Shown here piece after piece: positions 1-8,645 of a DNA stretch of 64,000 bases. Both the position numbers and the translations under genes were made by a program. How positions within the stretch are numbered: the first letter of the stretch is position 1; every line of letters begins with the position of its first letter. Origin of the DNA: a virus. Lineage: Duplodnaviria > Caudoviricetes. The DNA lies in IMG/VR virus record IMGVR_UViG_3300025715_000026, positions 2,428 through 66,427 of that record. One strand, given 5' to 3'. The notes under the pieces were generated by a model. That model was not told where the DNA came from. It made no database searches and saw nothing but the letters and a program-made list of their open reading frames with translations.

Positions 1-49
1 GGTTGACGCGTCGGACGAACGTGGCCTTGTCGTGGGGCATGGTCTTCTC

Positions 50-373
50 CTACTTTTTGGGCCAGCCGTGAATCAGCCAGCGCCCTCTCTCCCCACCATG
101 TACTGTGCGCATGGCGGTATCCCACAGGCGGGCCGGAATCATCTCGCGGACGGCAGAATCGCGATGGCTAATGCCCGACAGCGCCCGGCGCACATCTCCG
201 TATTCAAAGCGCATCGCGGCGTCGTGAAACAGCTTCAGGGCATGCGCGTCCCCATCCAGCATATTGCGGACATCCCCCCTCGTCGCCTTGTCTGCGAGTT
301 GGCGGTTGATGTCATCTATGATGGCCTCCAGCCTACGCAGATCCGCGACGTGGCCGGCATATGCGCTCTTCAT
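50..373 (-). CDS. Hypothetical protein (107 aa)
   Basis: Continues the minus-strand operon after the lipoprotein gene; AGGAG upstream; no motif recognised. Confidence 0.55.
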   Translation of the reverse strand: MKSAYAGHVADLRRLEAIIDDINRQLADKATRGDVRNMLDGDAHALKLFHDAAMRFEYGDVRRALSGISHRDSAVREMIPARLWDTAMRTVHGGERGRWLIHGWPKK

Positions 374-383
374 TTCCGCTCTC

Positions 384-1037
384 CTACTTCTTCAACGCGC
401 CCAGGCGCGTGCGGACCCGGTCGAGCCAGGCGTCGACGTCGTTGTCGATGACCTGGCGGAACTTCTCCTTGTACCCCGGCACGTCGGCCTTGATGCCCTC
501 GACGGCCGTGACCACCTGGTCGACGGCCTTGTGGTCCCGTTTCCACCAGGCGAGGAGGACCAGGCCGGCGAGCACCGCCGCCCCGGCGACGACCCAGGGC
601 ATGTACGGCAGGACCGCCGCGACGCCCAGGCATAGTATAGCCAGGCCGGCGGAGGTCAGCGCTCCGTAAATGAACCATTTTCGCAGGCCGGACAGGTAGA
701 CGGCCCCGACGATGCAGCCGATCATGGCCAGGAAGAGGATGCCCACCATCCAGTAGAGCTTGTGCTGCCGGGCGGTGGTGACGGCCTCGGAGAGCTCTTT
801 CTCCTTGTCCTTCACGGCGGCCTCGGCGGCCCGCTCGGCCTTCTTTGCCTCGGCCAGCTCCTTCTCCAGCTCGTCGACCGACTTGGGCTTGTCGACCTTC
901 GGCTTGGCCGGCTCGGGCTTGGCCTCGGCGGTCACCGGCCCCACAACCACCTGGGGCTGCGGCCAGCAACCGGGGGCAACGCTGAGGAGCAAGCCGGCCA
1001 GGAAGCCGGCGAGGACGGACAGATGGGCGGTTCTCAT
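384..1037 (-). CDS. Putative lipoprotein with coiled coil and three TM helices (lysis/spanin-like candidate)
   Basis: Hydrophobic N-terminus ending VAPG-C; Pro-rich linker; EK-rich coiled coil; three hydrophobic segments; charged C-terminus. Confidence 0.6.
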   Translation of the reverse strand: MRTAHLSVLAGFLAGLLLSVAPGCWPQPQVVVGPVTAEAKPEPAKPKVDKPKSVDELEKELAEAKKAERAAEAAVKDKEKELSEAVTTARQHKLYWMVGILFLAMIGCIVGAVYLSGLRKWFIYGALTSAGLAILCLGVAAVLPYMPWVVAGAAVLAGLVLLAWWKRDHKAVDQVVTAVEGIKADVPGYKEKFRQVIDNDVDAWLDRVRTRLGALKK

Positions 1038-1045
1038 GGCATCTC

Positions 1046-1267
1046 CTAGGTGGTGAGCTCGGTGATGGCCTGGTTGATGAGCACCCCGACGGCGGCCGGG
1101 TCGGCGCTCAGCTTGGCCTGGGCCTCCTGCAGCAGGGCGACGGCCCGGCGGATGCCGGCCTTGGTCTGGTCGACCGGGACGGCCGGAGGCTTGGGGGCCT
1201 TCGGCGCGGCCGACTCGGACTTGTCGGTGGACTTCTCGGTGGGCTTGACCAGCTTGATCTTGGCCAT
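1046..1267 (-). CDS. Small hypothetical protein (73 aa, MAKIKLVK...)
   Basis: Start re-assigned to ATG 1267 behind AAGGAGGAG. Confidence 0.7.
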   Translation of the reverse strand: MAKIKLVKPTEKSTDKSESAAPKAPKPPAVPVDQTKAGIRRAVALLQEAQAKLSADPAAVGVLINQAITELTT

Positions 1268-1280
1268 TGCAGTCTCCTCC

Positions 1281-1778
1281 TTACAGGGCGTTCTGTGCCC
1301 AGGGGACAAGCTGAAAGCAGTTCATGCGGCAGAAGTAGCCGCTGCTTGCCGGGGCCTTGCCGACCACCGCGACCTTGAGCTCCTGAACCCCGTCGGCGAT
1401 GACGACCTGGGAAACGAGATCCACGATGTTGGGGGCAATGACCGCCCCATAATAGCTCTGATTGGCGATGAGGGGAAAGCCGTTCAGGGTGATGGTCGCG
1501 ATGCCGTTGTCGGGGCAGCGCGGGATCCACTGGCGATAGGTGTAGATGCCGGCGACGGCGACGAAGCGGAAGGAGATGCTGTCCCCGTTGGCCGCCGGAA
1601 CGCCGAAGCCGTTTGAGAAGTAGCCGCCGAAGGCATAGGCGGGATCGGCGGTGAATCCCCACGTGCCGACCACGTCGAACTGGGCCATCAGACGCGGGTC
1701 GATGTCGTACTGCGCCTGGACGTCGGCATTGTTCTCCATGCCGGTCCGTGCGGCGACGACGATGGTTGGCGCGGGCAT
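1281..1778 (-). CDS. Beta-sandwich (CBM-like) virion accessory protein, paralog of the C-terminal domain of the 924-aa protein
   Basis: PRLMAQFDVVGTWG vs PKMMAMFNVTGDWG; DGVQELKVAVVGK vs NGVQRVKVTVAGK; RBS AAGGAGGAG. Confidence 0.7.
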   Translation of the reverse strand: MPAPTIVVAARTGMENNADVQAQYDIDPRLMAQFDVVGTWGFTADPAYAFGGYFSNGFGVPAANGDSISFRFVAVAGIYTYRQWIPRCPDNGIATITLNGFPLIANQSYYGAVIAPNIVDLVSQVVIADGVQELKVAVVGKAPASSGYFCRMNCFQLVPWAQNAL

Positions 1779-1788
1779 CGGCTCCTCC

Positions 1789-4563
1789 TTACAGCGTCCC
1801 GTACTGGTACGGAACGAGCTGCATGTTGATCATCCGGAAGAAGAAGTTTGAGCTCGCCCCGTTCTTGCCGGCCACGGTGACCTTGACGCGCTGGACGCCG
1901 TTGCTGAGCAGCACGTTGGGGACCACGATGACGTTGTTCGGATCGAGCGCAGCGGCGTACAGGTCGACGCCCACCGCGACCGGGAAGTCGTTAATGTACA
2001 GGTCGACGATGCCGCAGTCCGGCCCCTTGGGAGCCCACACCCGGAAAGTGTATGGCCCCGCTGGGATCGCCGCCCTGAACTCCGCCGTCTGGCCCAGGGC
2101 CGGCAGGCCCGACAGCGAGTTGACGAAAAACATGTTCTGCGGATAGGTGGGTTCGTTGACCTTGAGCCCCCAATCCCCCGTCACGTTGAACATGGCCATC
2201 ATCTTCGGGACCAGGGTGAATGCCTGGTACGGCACCGAGTGGTTGTCGGGGTATTCCCGCGTGGCCGGGATGCCGCCGGCCGGCGGGGCCGGCGGGGTGG
2301 GCGGCGTCGGGCCGATGGGCTGGGTCGTGAACTGGACCACGACCTCGTCGGCGCTCGCCGGGCTCGGCCCGGCAACCACCAGCGACAGCAGGAAATCGCC
2401 GTCGGTGGTCGGGGTGAACTCGAGTGTGCCGCCGGCCAGATCGGCCAGGGTGCGAGGCACGCCGGCCGTGAAGTCGAAGAGCCCGGTGGGGATGAGGTAT
2501 CCCAGGAGCACTGGCGCGGCGGGGTTGGTGATGTCGTATGCGGCCAGCTCTATGGAGACGCCGGCCGTGTCGGCATCGAACACAACCTGGCCGCCCACCG
2601 GGTATGAGGTATCCTTGGAACCGCGCAGGATCTGGTAGGTCTCGGTCGGGTCCATGATGCTGGCGTCCTGGACGGCACCACCGCCGCCGGCCGCCAGCTC
2701 ACCCTCCAGCGTCCCGTAGAAGAACATCACGCCGTCCTCGACCTCGGACGCCGCCGGGAAGTCGGTAACGCTGACCTGGACCTGCCCGCTCACCGTGCCA
2801 ACATCAACGCCCGAGATGGTCCATTCGAAGTAGGTCAGGGTCCGGGTGGTGGGCGACGGGGTCATCTCGATGGCCGCCCCGGCGATGTCCTCGAAAGTCT
2901 GGTTGACCCCGTTGACGAAGTTGAAATCCTCGTCGACCAGCAGCGTCGGGACGCCGTTGTCGTATCCGGTGACGGTCAGGTGGGCCGATCCGTCGCTCTC
3001 GGGCTGGATGGTGCCGGCCAGCCGCACCGTCTGCCCCAGCTGGCAGGCCCCCACGATCTCGAACGTGTCCGGGTCTATCGCGTTGGCGATCACCCGCAGC
3101 CGGGGCTTCGGCATGGTCCCCTCGACCGTGCCATACTGCGTATAAACGCCGCTGGCCAGCTGCCCGGCGGCCGGGAAGTCGGTGATGTTGAAGGGCACGC
3201 TCAGGTTGGGGTCGGAGATGCCGTCGGCTGAGACGCTGATCTCGATCTTGTTGTTGATGCCGTACTCCCCGGCCGCCGGCTCAAAGGTAACCTCAGATCC
3301 GACGATGTCGGCGATGGAGTACCAGTTGCCGGCCACGAAGTTGAAATCGTCGTCGAACACCACCGTGGGGACTCCGGCAATCGTCAGGGTTATCGTAACC
3401 CCGGCGGTCTTGGTCTGTTGCAGGCTGAGGTAGCCCTTGACGTATCCGGTCTGGCCGATCTGGACCGCGCCCACCTTCTCGGCCGCGACCTCCACCCAAG
3501 CCTGGGTCAGGGGCATCTCCTCGCTCGTCCCGGTCACCGTCTCGTACTGCGTCTTAACCCCATAACGCAGCTCCTCGGCCAGCGGGAAGTCGGTGGCGGC
3601 GAGCACCTGCTGGGTCGAGGCCATCAGTGTGGTCTTGCCGCTGTCCGTGTAGACGTCGATCCGGAGGATCCCGCCCCAAGCGCCGGGGGTGGCCGGGAGA
3701 TCGAACGTGGGGTTGGCCCCGAAGATGTCCTCAAACCAGGTCTCGTCGTCGGCCACGAAGCTGTAGGTGTCGCTGTCGAGCAGCTGCTCGGCCCCGCCGA
3801 ACGGGGTGAAGATGGCCTCCACGAACGCGTCGATGGACACCGGCATCTCGACGGACCCCACCGCCGCAAGCTCGACCTCGGTTTGCGCGGCGGCCACCTG
3901 GTTGCCCGACTCCTCTGCGTGGATGGTCAGCTTCGGGCGGATGGGGAGGGAGGCAACGGAGATGACCCCCGCGACGTTGTATCCGTTCGAATCCCACTCG
4001 CCGTTTATCGCATCTATGACCAGCTCGTCGCAAGTGAGATCCCCCACCTGTACAAGCGTGGCATTGCCGCTCAGTTTGATGTTGCGGAAAGTCTTGCCGC
4101 GAGTGGTGAATTGCTGGGTTCCCGCCGATGCGGCAAATTGGACGATGCTATCGCCGGCATAGGGGAAATACACGGTGCCATTGAAGTCGGCATCTCCTGT
4201 GATCTTCAGCTTTGCACTGGGTTCGTATGTAACCGTCGGCATGGTCATCGTGCCGCCGGTCAGAGAGAATGTGCCGATTTCCATGTCGGCATATTCGCAG
4301 TTGATGACTGCGCCACTCGTAAAGACTCCAGCCTTGATCTTCTTGTGTCCTGACAAGATTCCGGCGGATGCCGCATCGATAATTATTTCTGCGACATCTA
4401 CATCGATGTCTATCTCGCAAGCATAGAGGGAGTTCACGTCGAAGATCGCCCGGTCGCCTGGTCCGGGGGGGCCGAACCCTGTGGAGCCGCCCGACATGTC
4501 CGACCACATCAAAGGATCGGACCAGGGGGCAGCGGCCGGGTCACCGATGAAGTAAAGGTCCAT
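1789..4563 (-). CDS. Large modular spike/receptor-binding protein (924 aa)
   Basis: Beta-rich; N-terminal W-x5-W...GG...P...D...FD motif; repeated Ig-like units separated by TDFP linkers; C-terminal CBM-like domain. Confidence 0.65.
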   Translation of the reverse strand: MDLYFIGDPAAAPWSDPLMWSDMSGGSTGFGPPGPGDRAIFDVNSLYACEIDIDVDVAEIIIDAASAGILSGHKKIKAGVFTSGAVINCEYADMEIGTFSLTGGTMTMPTVTYEPSAKLKITGDADFNGTVYFPYAGDSIVQFAASAGTQQFTTRGKTFRNIKLSGNATLVQVGDLTCDELVIDAINGEWDSNGYNVAGVISVASLPIRPKLTIHAEESGNQVAAAQTEVELAAVGSVEMPVSIDAFVEAIFTPFGGAEQLLDSDTYSFVADDETWFEDIFGANPTFDLPATPGAWGGILRIDVYTDSGKTTLMASTQQVLAATDFPLAEELRYGVKTQYETVTGTSEEMPLTQAWVEVAAEKVGAVQIGQTGYVKGYLSLQQTKTAGVTITLTIAGVPTVVFDDDFNFVAGNWYSIADIVGSEVTFEPAAGEYGINNKIEISVSADGISDPNLSVPFNITDFPAAGQLASGVYTQYGTVEGTMPKPRLRVIANAIDPDTFEIVGACQLGQTVRLAGTIQPESDGSAHLTVTGYDNGVPTLLVDEDFNFVNGVNQTFEDIAGAAIEMTPSPTTRTLTYFEWTISGVDVGTVSGQVQVSVTDFPAASEVEDGVMFFYGTLEGELAAGGGGAVQDASIMDPTETYQILRGSKDTSYPVGGQVVFDADTAGVSIELAAYDITNPAAPVLLGYLIPTGLFDFTAGVPRTLADLAGGTLEFTPTTDGDFLLSLVVAGPSPASADEVVVQFTTQPIGPTPPTPPAPPAGGIPATREYPDNHSVPYQAFTLVPKMMAMFNVTGDWGLKVNEPTYPQNMFFVNSLSGLPALGQTAEFRAAIPAGPYTFRVWAPKGPDCGIVDLYINDFPVAVGVDLYAAALDPNNVIVVPNVLLSNGVQRVKVTVAGKNGASSNFFFRMINMQLVPYQYGTL

Positions 4564-4592
4564 GAGCTATCTCCTTTGCCGGGCGAAAAGGT

Positions 4593-4652
4593 AAGGGGCC
4601 AGCGCTCTTCCAGTGCCTTGCGGCTCAGTTGAGTGCGAAGGCGTGGCCCCTT
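4593..4652 (-). terminator. Intergenic GC hairpin between the 830-aa and 924-aa genes
   Basis: AAGGGGCCA (4593-4601) pairs with TGGCCCCTT (4644-4652); short T-run follows on the minus strand. Confidence 0.35.
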
Positions 4653-4659
4653 TCCCCAA

Positions 4660-7152
4660 TCACGCCCTGCGGCACGCCGCCGCGAAGAAGTCCTGCCGGG
4701 CGAAGAAGCGCCGGGCCACCCGGCGGGCAACGGCCACCGCCTGGGCCGGCTTGGCCCCCTTCGCCGCCGCCTTGACCGCAGCCCTCTTGGCCACGACCTT
4801 GGCCTGGGCGACCGCGCCCAGGCCGAAGAACCCCCGCGCCCGGAAGTTGCGCTCGGGCACAACCTCCTGCTCGTAAGCCCACTCTTCCTCCCCGGTGACC
4901 GTCGGGATCTCCTGGCCGGGGTACGGGGTCAGGCTGCCCTCGGCCTCGACGGCCCCGGCGGCCTCCTGGTACTCGACGTCGCCCTCGTCGGCCGTGTCGA
5001 CCAGCTCAGCCTCGGCGGCCTGGGTGGCCGGCGGCTCATACTGCAGCTCGTCCCAGGGCGAGCTCTTGGCAGGCATGGCGATGGCCCACGCCTCGTCTCC
5101 GCCCTCGACCTGCTCGGCCTCCGGGTAGCCCTGCTCGGGCACCGGGGTGGCCCAGGCGCTGGCGGCCGGATCGGCGTACTCGGACGCCTGCATCAGCGGC
5201 TCGACCTGCGCCGGGGAGTTGACCAGCGGCTCGCCGGGGTACTGCTGGGCGTCGTAGGCCATCGCGGAGGCGGCGGCGGCCTCGGGGGTCGCCCCCTGCG
5301 CGGCGGCCTGGGCGGCCTGGTCGCGGACCTTGGCCAGGCGGGAGGCCCGCTTGGCCTCGGAGAGCTCGGCCTTCTGCTTCGCCGCCACAACCTTCGCCGC
5401 CGCTCGCTCCTTGGCGATGTCGAGCTTGGCCGACTTCTTGGCGGCGACGACCTCTTTGCGCTTGGCCAGAAGCTCGACGGCCCTGGTCTTGGCTGCGGCC
5501 CGCAGCTCGACCTTCCGCAGGGCGACCGCCTTGGCCGCCTCGCGCTTGGCCGTCTTGACCTCGGCCTTCTGCGCCTTGGACGCCTTGACCGCGCCGAGAC
5601 CGTCGTTGTTCGCTCCGAAGAACATGTCGTCTCCTCCGTCCTCTCCCAGGGCCACCAGAGTAACCAGGGCCGCGCCGGCCGCAAGGGCCGCGCCCGCACC
5701 GCCGGAGCCGCCGCCCGACGCGTGCGTCCCGGCCTCCACCGCCACCGCCTCGGCCGGGGCCATCTCCTCGTAGGAGCGGGCCGCCGGGGCGGATATCATC
5801 TTGGGGTTGTTGGCCAGCAGCTTGCCGGCAACCGCGCCGGTCAGCGTGGCCGACACGACCGCCGGCTCCTGCACCAGCACGTCGTTCATGATGCGGCAGT
5901 CGCGGGCGGCCTGGAGCAGCATCCGCAGGGTCTGCTGCCGGCCGATGCGGTTGGCGTCGGCCTCCAGGGAGTTCAGTTTCTCGGCCGGGGCCGGCGGCTT
6001 GCCGGGGATGGGCCGCCAGTTCTTGTCGCTGTTGGCCTTGGCCTTATCCGCGACGTCGATGGCATCGATGTTCTTCCGGGCCTGCCAGGCCGCATCGATC
6101 TGCGCGGTGGTCTTGCTGCCCAGGCGGGCGAGGGCGGCCTTGAAGGCCGTCTCCCGGCGGGACATCTCGGCGGCGATGGCCGCCTTCTCGGCCTCGTGCC
6201 ACGCCTTATTCTTGACCAGGTACTCGGCCTGCAGGGCCGGGAACCGCTTACGGAACTCGTCCAGCCCGTTGGCCTTGGCCTGGTACGCCCGCGCCTGGGC
6301 CGCATAGTGGTTCCACAGGCGGGTGCCGTCGCCGGTCTTGCCGAGAACCACGCCTCGGGCGACGAGGTTGTTGGCGAGGGCCTGGGCGTCTTTGACCAGC
6401 AGGTCGGAGGCCGACTTGACGCTCTTGATGAGGCTCTCCCACCGCTCCTCTTCGCGCTCGGCTGCCTCGCCCGCCTTCCTCATGTCGACGAAGGACTTAA
6501 TGGCCATCCCGGCCCCGATTGCCCATCCGATGACCGGAAGCGTCGTCGATACTGCGCCTGCGGCACAGAGCCCCGCGCTGACCACCCCGATTGCCGTGTT
6601 CAGGCTGGCGGCCCGGTTGGCGAACGCCCCCTTGGGGTCAAGGATGATGTTGGCCGCCTGTACGCCCAGGCGAGCGGCGGGGGCGTACCCCAGGGCCGTG
6701 GCGGCGGTGGTCGCGGCCCCCGTTTTCACGGCGTCGATGGCCGCGTCTTTTGCGAGCTGCTTGGTGTCTATGCTTACCCCGGCCCCCAGGCCGGCGGTGC
6801 CGGCGGGGTTGCCCTTTGCCGCAGCTTGCGGCTTGGCCAGTTTGACCTTGCGGGGGACCGTCCCTCGGATGACGGCGACCGCCGGGCTGGCCTCAGCCAG
6901 CGAAGGCTGGAGCGGGCCGCCATACTTTAGCTCAGAATCGCCCGGCGCGGGGTCCCCCGGCGAGTAGTATGGGGACACCCGCTCGACCGTTGCGCCGAAC
7001 GCCCCGGCCGCCGCCTCCAGAATCGGGGCGATGGCAGCCAGGCCCTGCTTCACGATCTTGTTGACGGTCTCATCGCCCCCCTCCGGGGCCGCCCCGGAGT
7101 GGTAGTACCCGCCCCAGGGGTACGAGGGGTCGATCTGGTTGGGGGCTGCCAT
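4660..7152 (-). CDS. Ala-rich virion protein (830 aa), possible DNA-delivery/internal protein
   Basis: Hydrophobic helical segments, coiled coils, Lys/Ala-rich and acidic blocks; several GLG/FFG motifs. Confidence 0.6.
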   Translation of the reverse strand: MAAPNQIDPSYPWGGYYHSGAAPEGGDETVNKIVKQGLAAIAPILEAAAGAFGATVERVSPYYSPGDPAPGDSELKYGGPLQPSLAEASPAVAVIRGTVPRKVKLAKPQAAAKGNPAGTAGLGAGVSIDTKQLAKDAAIDAVKTGAATTAATALGYAPAARLGVQAANIILDPKGAFANRAASLNTAIGVVSAGLCAAGAVSTTLPVIGWAIGAGMAIKSFVDMRKAGEAAEREEERWESLIKSVKSASDLLVKDAQALANNLVARGVVLGKTGDGTRLWNHYAAQARAYQAKANGLDEFRKRFPALQAEYLVKNKAWHEAEKAAIAAEMSRRETAFKAALARLGSKTTAQIDAAWQARKNIDAIDVADKAKANSDKNWRPIPGKPPAPAEKLNSLEADANRIGRQQTLRMLLQAARDCRIMNDVLVQEPAVVSATLTGAVAGKLLANNPKMISAPAARSYEEMAPAEAVAVEAGTHASGGGSGGAGAALAAGAALVTLVALGEDGGDDMFFGANNDGLGAVKASKAQKAEVKTAKREAAKAVALRKVELRAAAKTRAVELLAKRKEVVAAKKSAKLDIAKERAAAKVVAAKQKAELSEAKRASRLAKVRDQAAQAAAQGATPEAAAASAMAYDAQQYPGEPLVNSPAQVEPLMQASEYADPAASAWATPVPEQGYPEAEQVEGGDEAWAIAMPAKSSPWDELQYEPPATQAAEAELVDTADEGDVEYQEAAGAVEAEGSLTPYPGQEIPTVTGEEEWAYEQEVVPERNFRARGFFGLGAVAQAKVVAKRAAVKAAAKGAKPAQAVAVARRVARRFFARQDFFAAACRRA

Positions 7153-7170
7153 CGTCCGCTCCGGGCCTCG

Positions 7171-7200
7171 CTTACCGCCGCTTACCGCCGCTTACCGCCG
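7171..7200. repeat. Three perfect tandem copies of CTTACCGCCG (10 bp)
   Basis: Directly visible; encodes the last nine codons and stop of the 133-aa gene. Confidence 0.95.
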
Positions 7201-7573
7201 GAACCACCAGGGCGGCCAGGGCCAGGACGCCCGCCCCGATGCCCACAGGCAGCACCCAGGCCGGCAGGGCGGCCTTGGCCGCGCCAGGGGCCGCCGGGGC
7301 CGGGATGCCCGTTTCGGGGGCCACCGTGGCGGCCTGTGCCCCGGCAGGGGCCGGTTCTGCGGCCGGTTTCGCCTTGCCGCCGCCCCCGGATCCGCCGGAA
7401 TCGCCGACCAGCTTGCTGGTGAGCTTCGGCACCACCGCCGCCGCCAGCGCCGTGACGGCAATCGTGGGCAGCTTCGTGGCCAGGTCCTTCACGATGTTCT
7501 TGGCCAGATCCCCCACCGTGCTGGTGATGGAGCTGAAGTCGAAGGCCAGGCCGGGCGCGGGCAGGCGGTTCAT
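7172..7573 (-). CDS. Tail-anchored membrane virion protein (133 aa)
   Basis: C-terminal LPAWVLPVGIG TM segment followed by KRR. Confidence 0.75.
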   Translation of the reverse strand: MNRLPAPGLAFDFSSITSTVGDLAKNIVKDLATKLPTIAVTALAAAVVPKLTSKLVGDSGGSGGGGKAKPAAEPAPAGAQAATVAPETGIPAPAAPGAAKAALPAWVLPVGIGAGVLALAALVVPAVSGGKRR

Positions 7574-7576
7574 GGC

Positions 7577-8005
7577 CTAGTCCTGCGACACCGGCTTGGG
7601 GTTGGCCGAGATGCGCGAGATCATCAGGATGGCCAGGACCGCAACCACCCCGATGGCCACCGGGACCACCCAGGAGGGCAGGGTGTCGAAGAAGCCGGCG
7701 GTCCCGGTATCCTTGACCTGGACCTCCACCTCGTCGACGGCGACCATCGTCGGGTCGCGCTGGTTGAGGGCCTGACGGGCGAGGGGGTGGTACATGACGG
7801 TCGGATCCTCGGCCACCGTGCCGACGGGCACCTCCTGGCTCTTGAAGAAGAGCGGGGTGTAGTAGTTGCTCCGGGCCATCCGGGCGGCCACCCGCCGGCC
7901 GATCAGCGCGGCCTGGGACGGCTCAGCGCCGTTGACGTAAGCCTTGCGGGCCGCCTCGCGGGCAACCTTCCGGGCCTTGACCGCCTGGGAAATGCGCGTC
8001 GCCAT
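7577..8005 (-). CDS. Tail-anchored membrane virion protein (142 aa)
   Basis: C-terminal LPSWVVPVAIG TM segment. Confidence 0.75.
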   Translation of the reverse strand: MATRISQAVKARKVAREAARKAYVNGAEPSQAALIGRRVAARMARSNYYTPLFFKSQEVPVGTVAEDPTVMYHPLARQALNQRDPTMVAVDEVEVQVKDTGTAGFFDTLPSWVVPVAIGVVAVLAILMISRISANPKPVSQD

Positions 8006-8006
8006 C

Positions 8007-8411
8007 CTACTTCCTCCCCTTCTTGCCGGCCTTGAGGTAGATCCCGATTCCGATGGCCGCGACGGCGGCGATGCCGACCGGAATCACCCAGCCGGGCATC
8101 CCAGCCTTGGGGGCGGGGGCCGCCGGGACCGGCAGGGCGGCCGGCGTCGGGGCCGGCTTGGCCGCCTTGGTCTTGACGGTCTTGGCCTGGGCCTGGCCGA
8201 CCTTCGTGGCGACGGCCGCGCCGATGACCGGAGCGAGCGCCTTGAAGGTGTCCGAGCTGATCGCGCTCTGGACCCCGCCGATGATCTTGCTCAGCAGGCT
8301 CGGCTCGGCGGCCGGGGCCGCCTTCTGAGCCGCGTCGAAGGCCGCCACCTCGGCGTCGACCTTGCTGAAAACGGGCTCCTCGCCCATGCCAAAGAAGTTT
8401 CTGTTGTTCAT
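8007..8411 (-). CDS. Tail-anchored membrane virion protein (134 aa)
   Basis: N-terminal RNFFGMG; C-terminal MPGWVIPVGIA TM segment plus KKGRK. Confidence 0.75.
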   Translation of the reverse strand: MNNRNFFGMGEEPVFSKVDAEVAAFDAAQKAAPAAEPSLLSKIIGGVQSAISSDTFKALAPVIGAAVATKVGQAQAKTVKTKAAKPAPTPAALPVPAAPAPKAGMPGWVIPVGIAAVAAIGIGIYLKAGKKGRK

Positions 8412-8420
8412 CCGCGACTC

Positions 8421-8633
8421 CTACAATCCGGCGAACTTGGCCAGCAGGGGAAGGATGATGTCCTTCCCGAAGCTCCCGATGGTTGCCGCCGCAGCAACCA
8501 TCAGGATGATTTCCATGCGCCCCTGCCGTTTGTCCAGGGCAAGAAGCACCTCGACCAGCGTCTTGTGTGCCTCGCAAGTGCTCGGGGTTTCAGGTTTGAT
8601 CGCCGTCAGCTTGACCTTGGTGTCGGTTCCCAT
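8421..8633 (-). CDS. Small membrane protein (70 aa)
   Basis: Short helix then a hydrophobic C-terminal segment; in operon. Confidence 0.6.
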   Translation of the reverse strand: MGTDTKVKLTAIKPETPSTCEAHKTLVEVLLALDKRQGRMEIILMVAAAATIGSFGKDIILPLLAKFAGL

Positions 8634-8645
8634 CGACGTTCCTCC

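Noticed and set aside
6320-6365. RGVVLGKT in the 830-aa protein as a packaging-ATPase Walker A
   Set aside because: Spacing does not fit G-x4-GK[ST] and there is no Walker B or beta-strand context
4633-6930. Long opposite-strand ORFs (765 aa here; also 7944-9959, 27138-29330, 42365-44440, 57999-59570 and others)
   Set aside because: Shadow frames of GC3-rich genes: R/G/P-rich low-information translations, no RBS, fully overlapping better-supported genes
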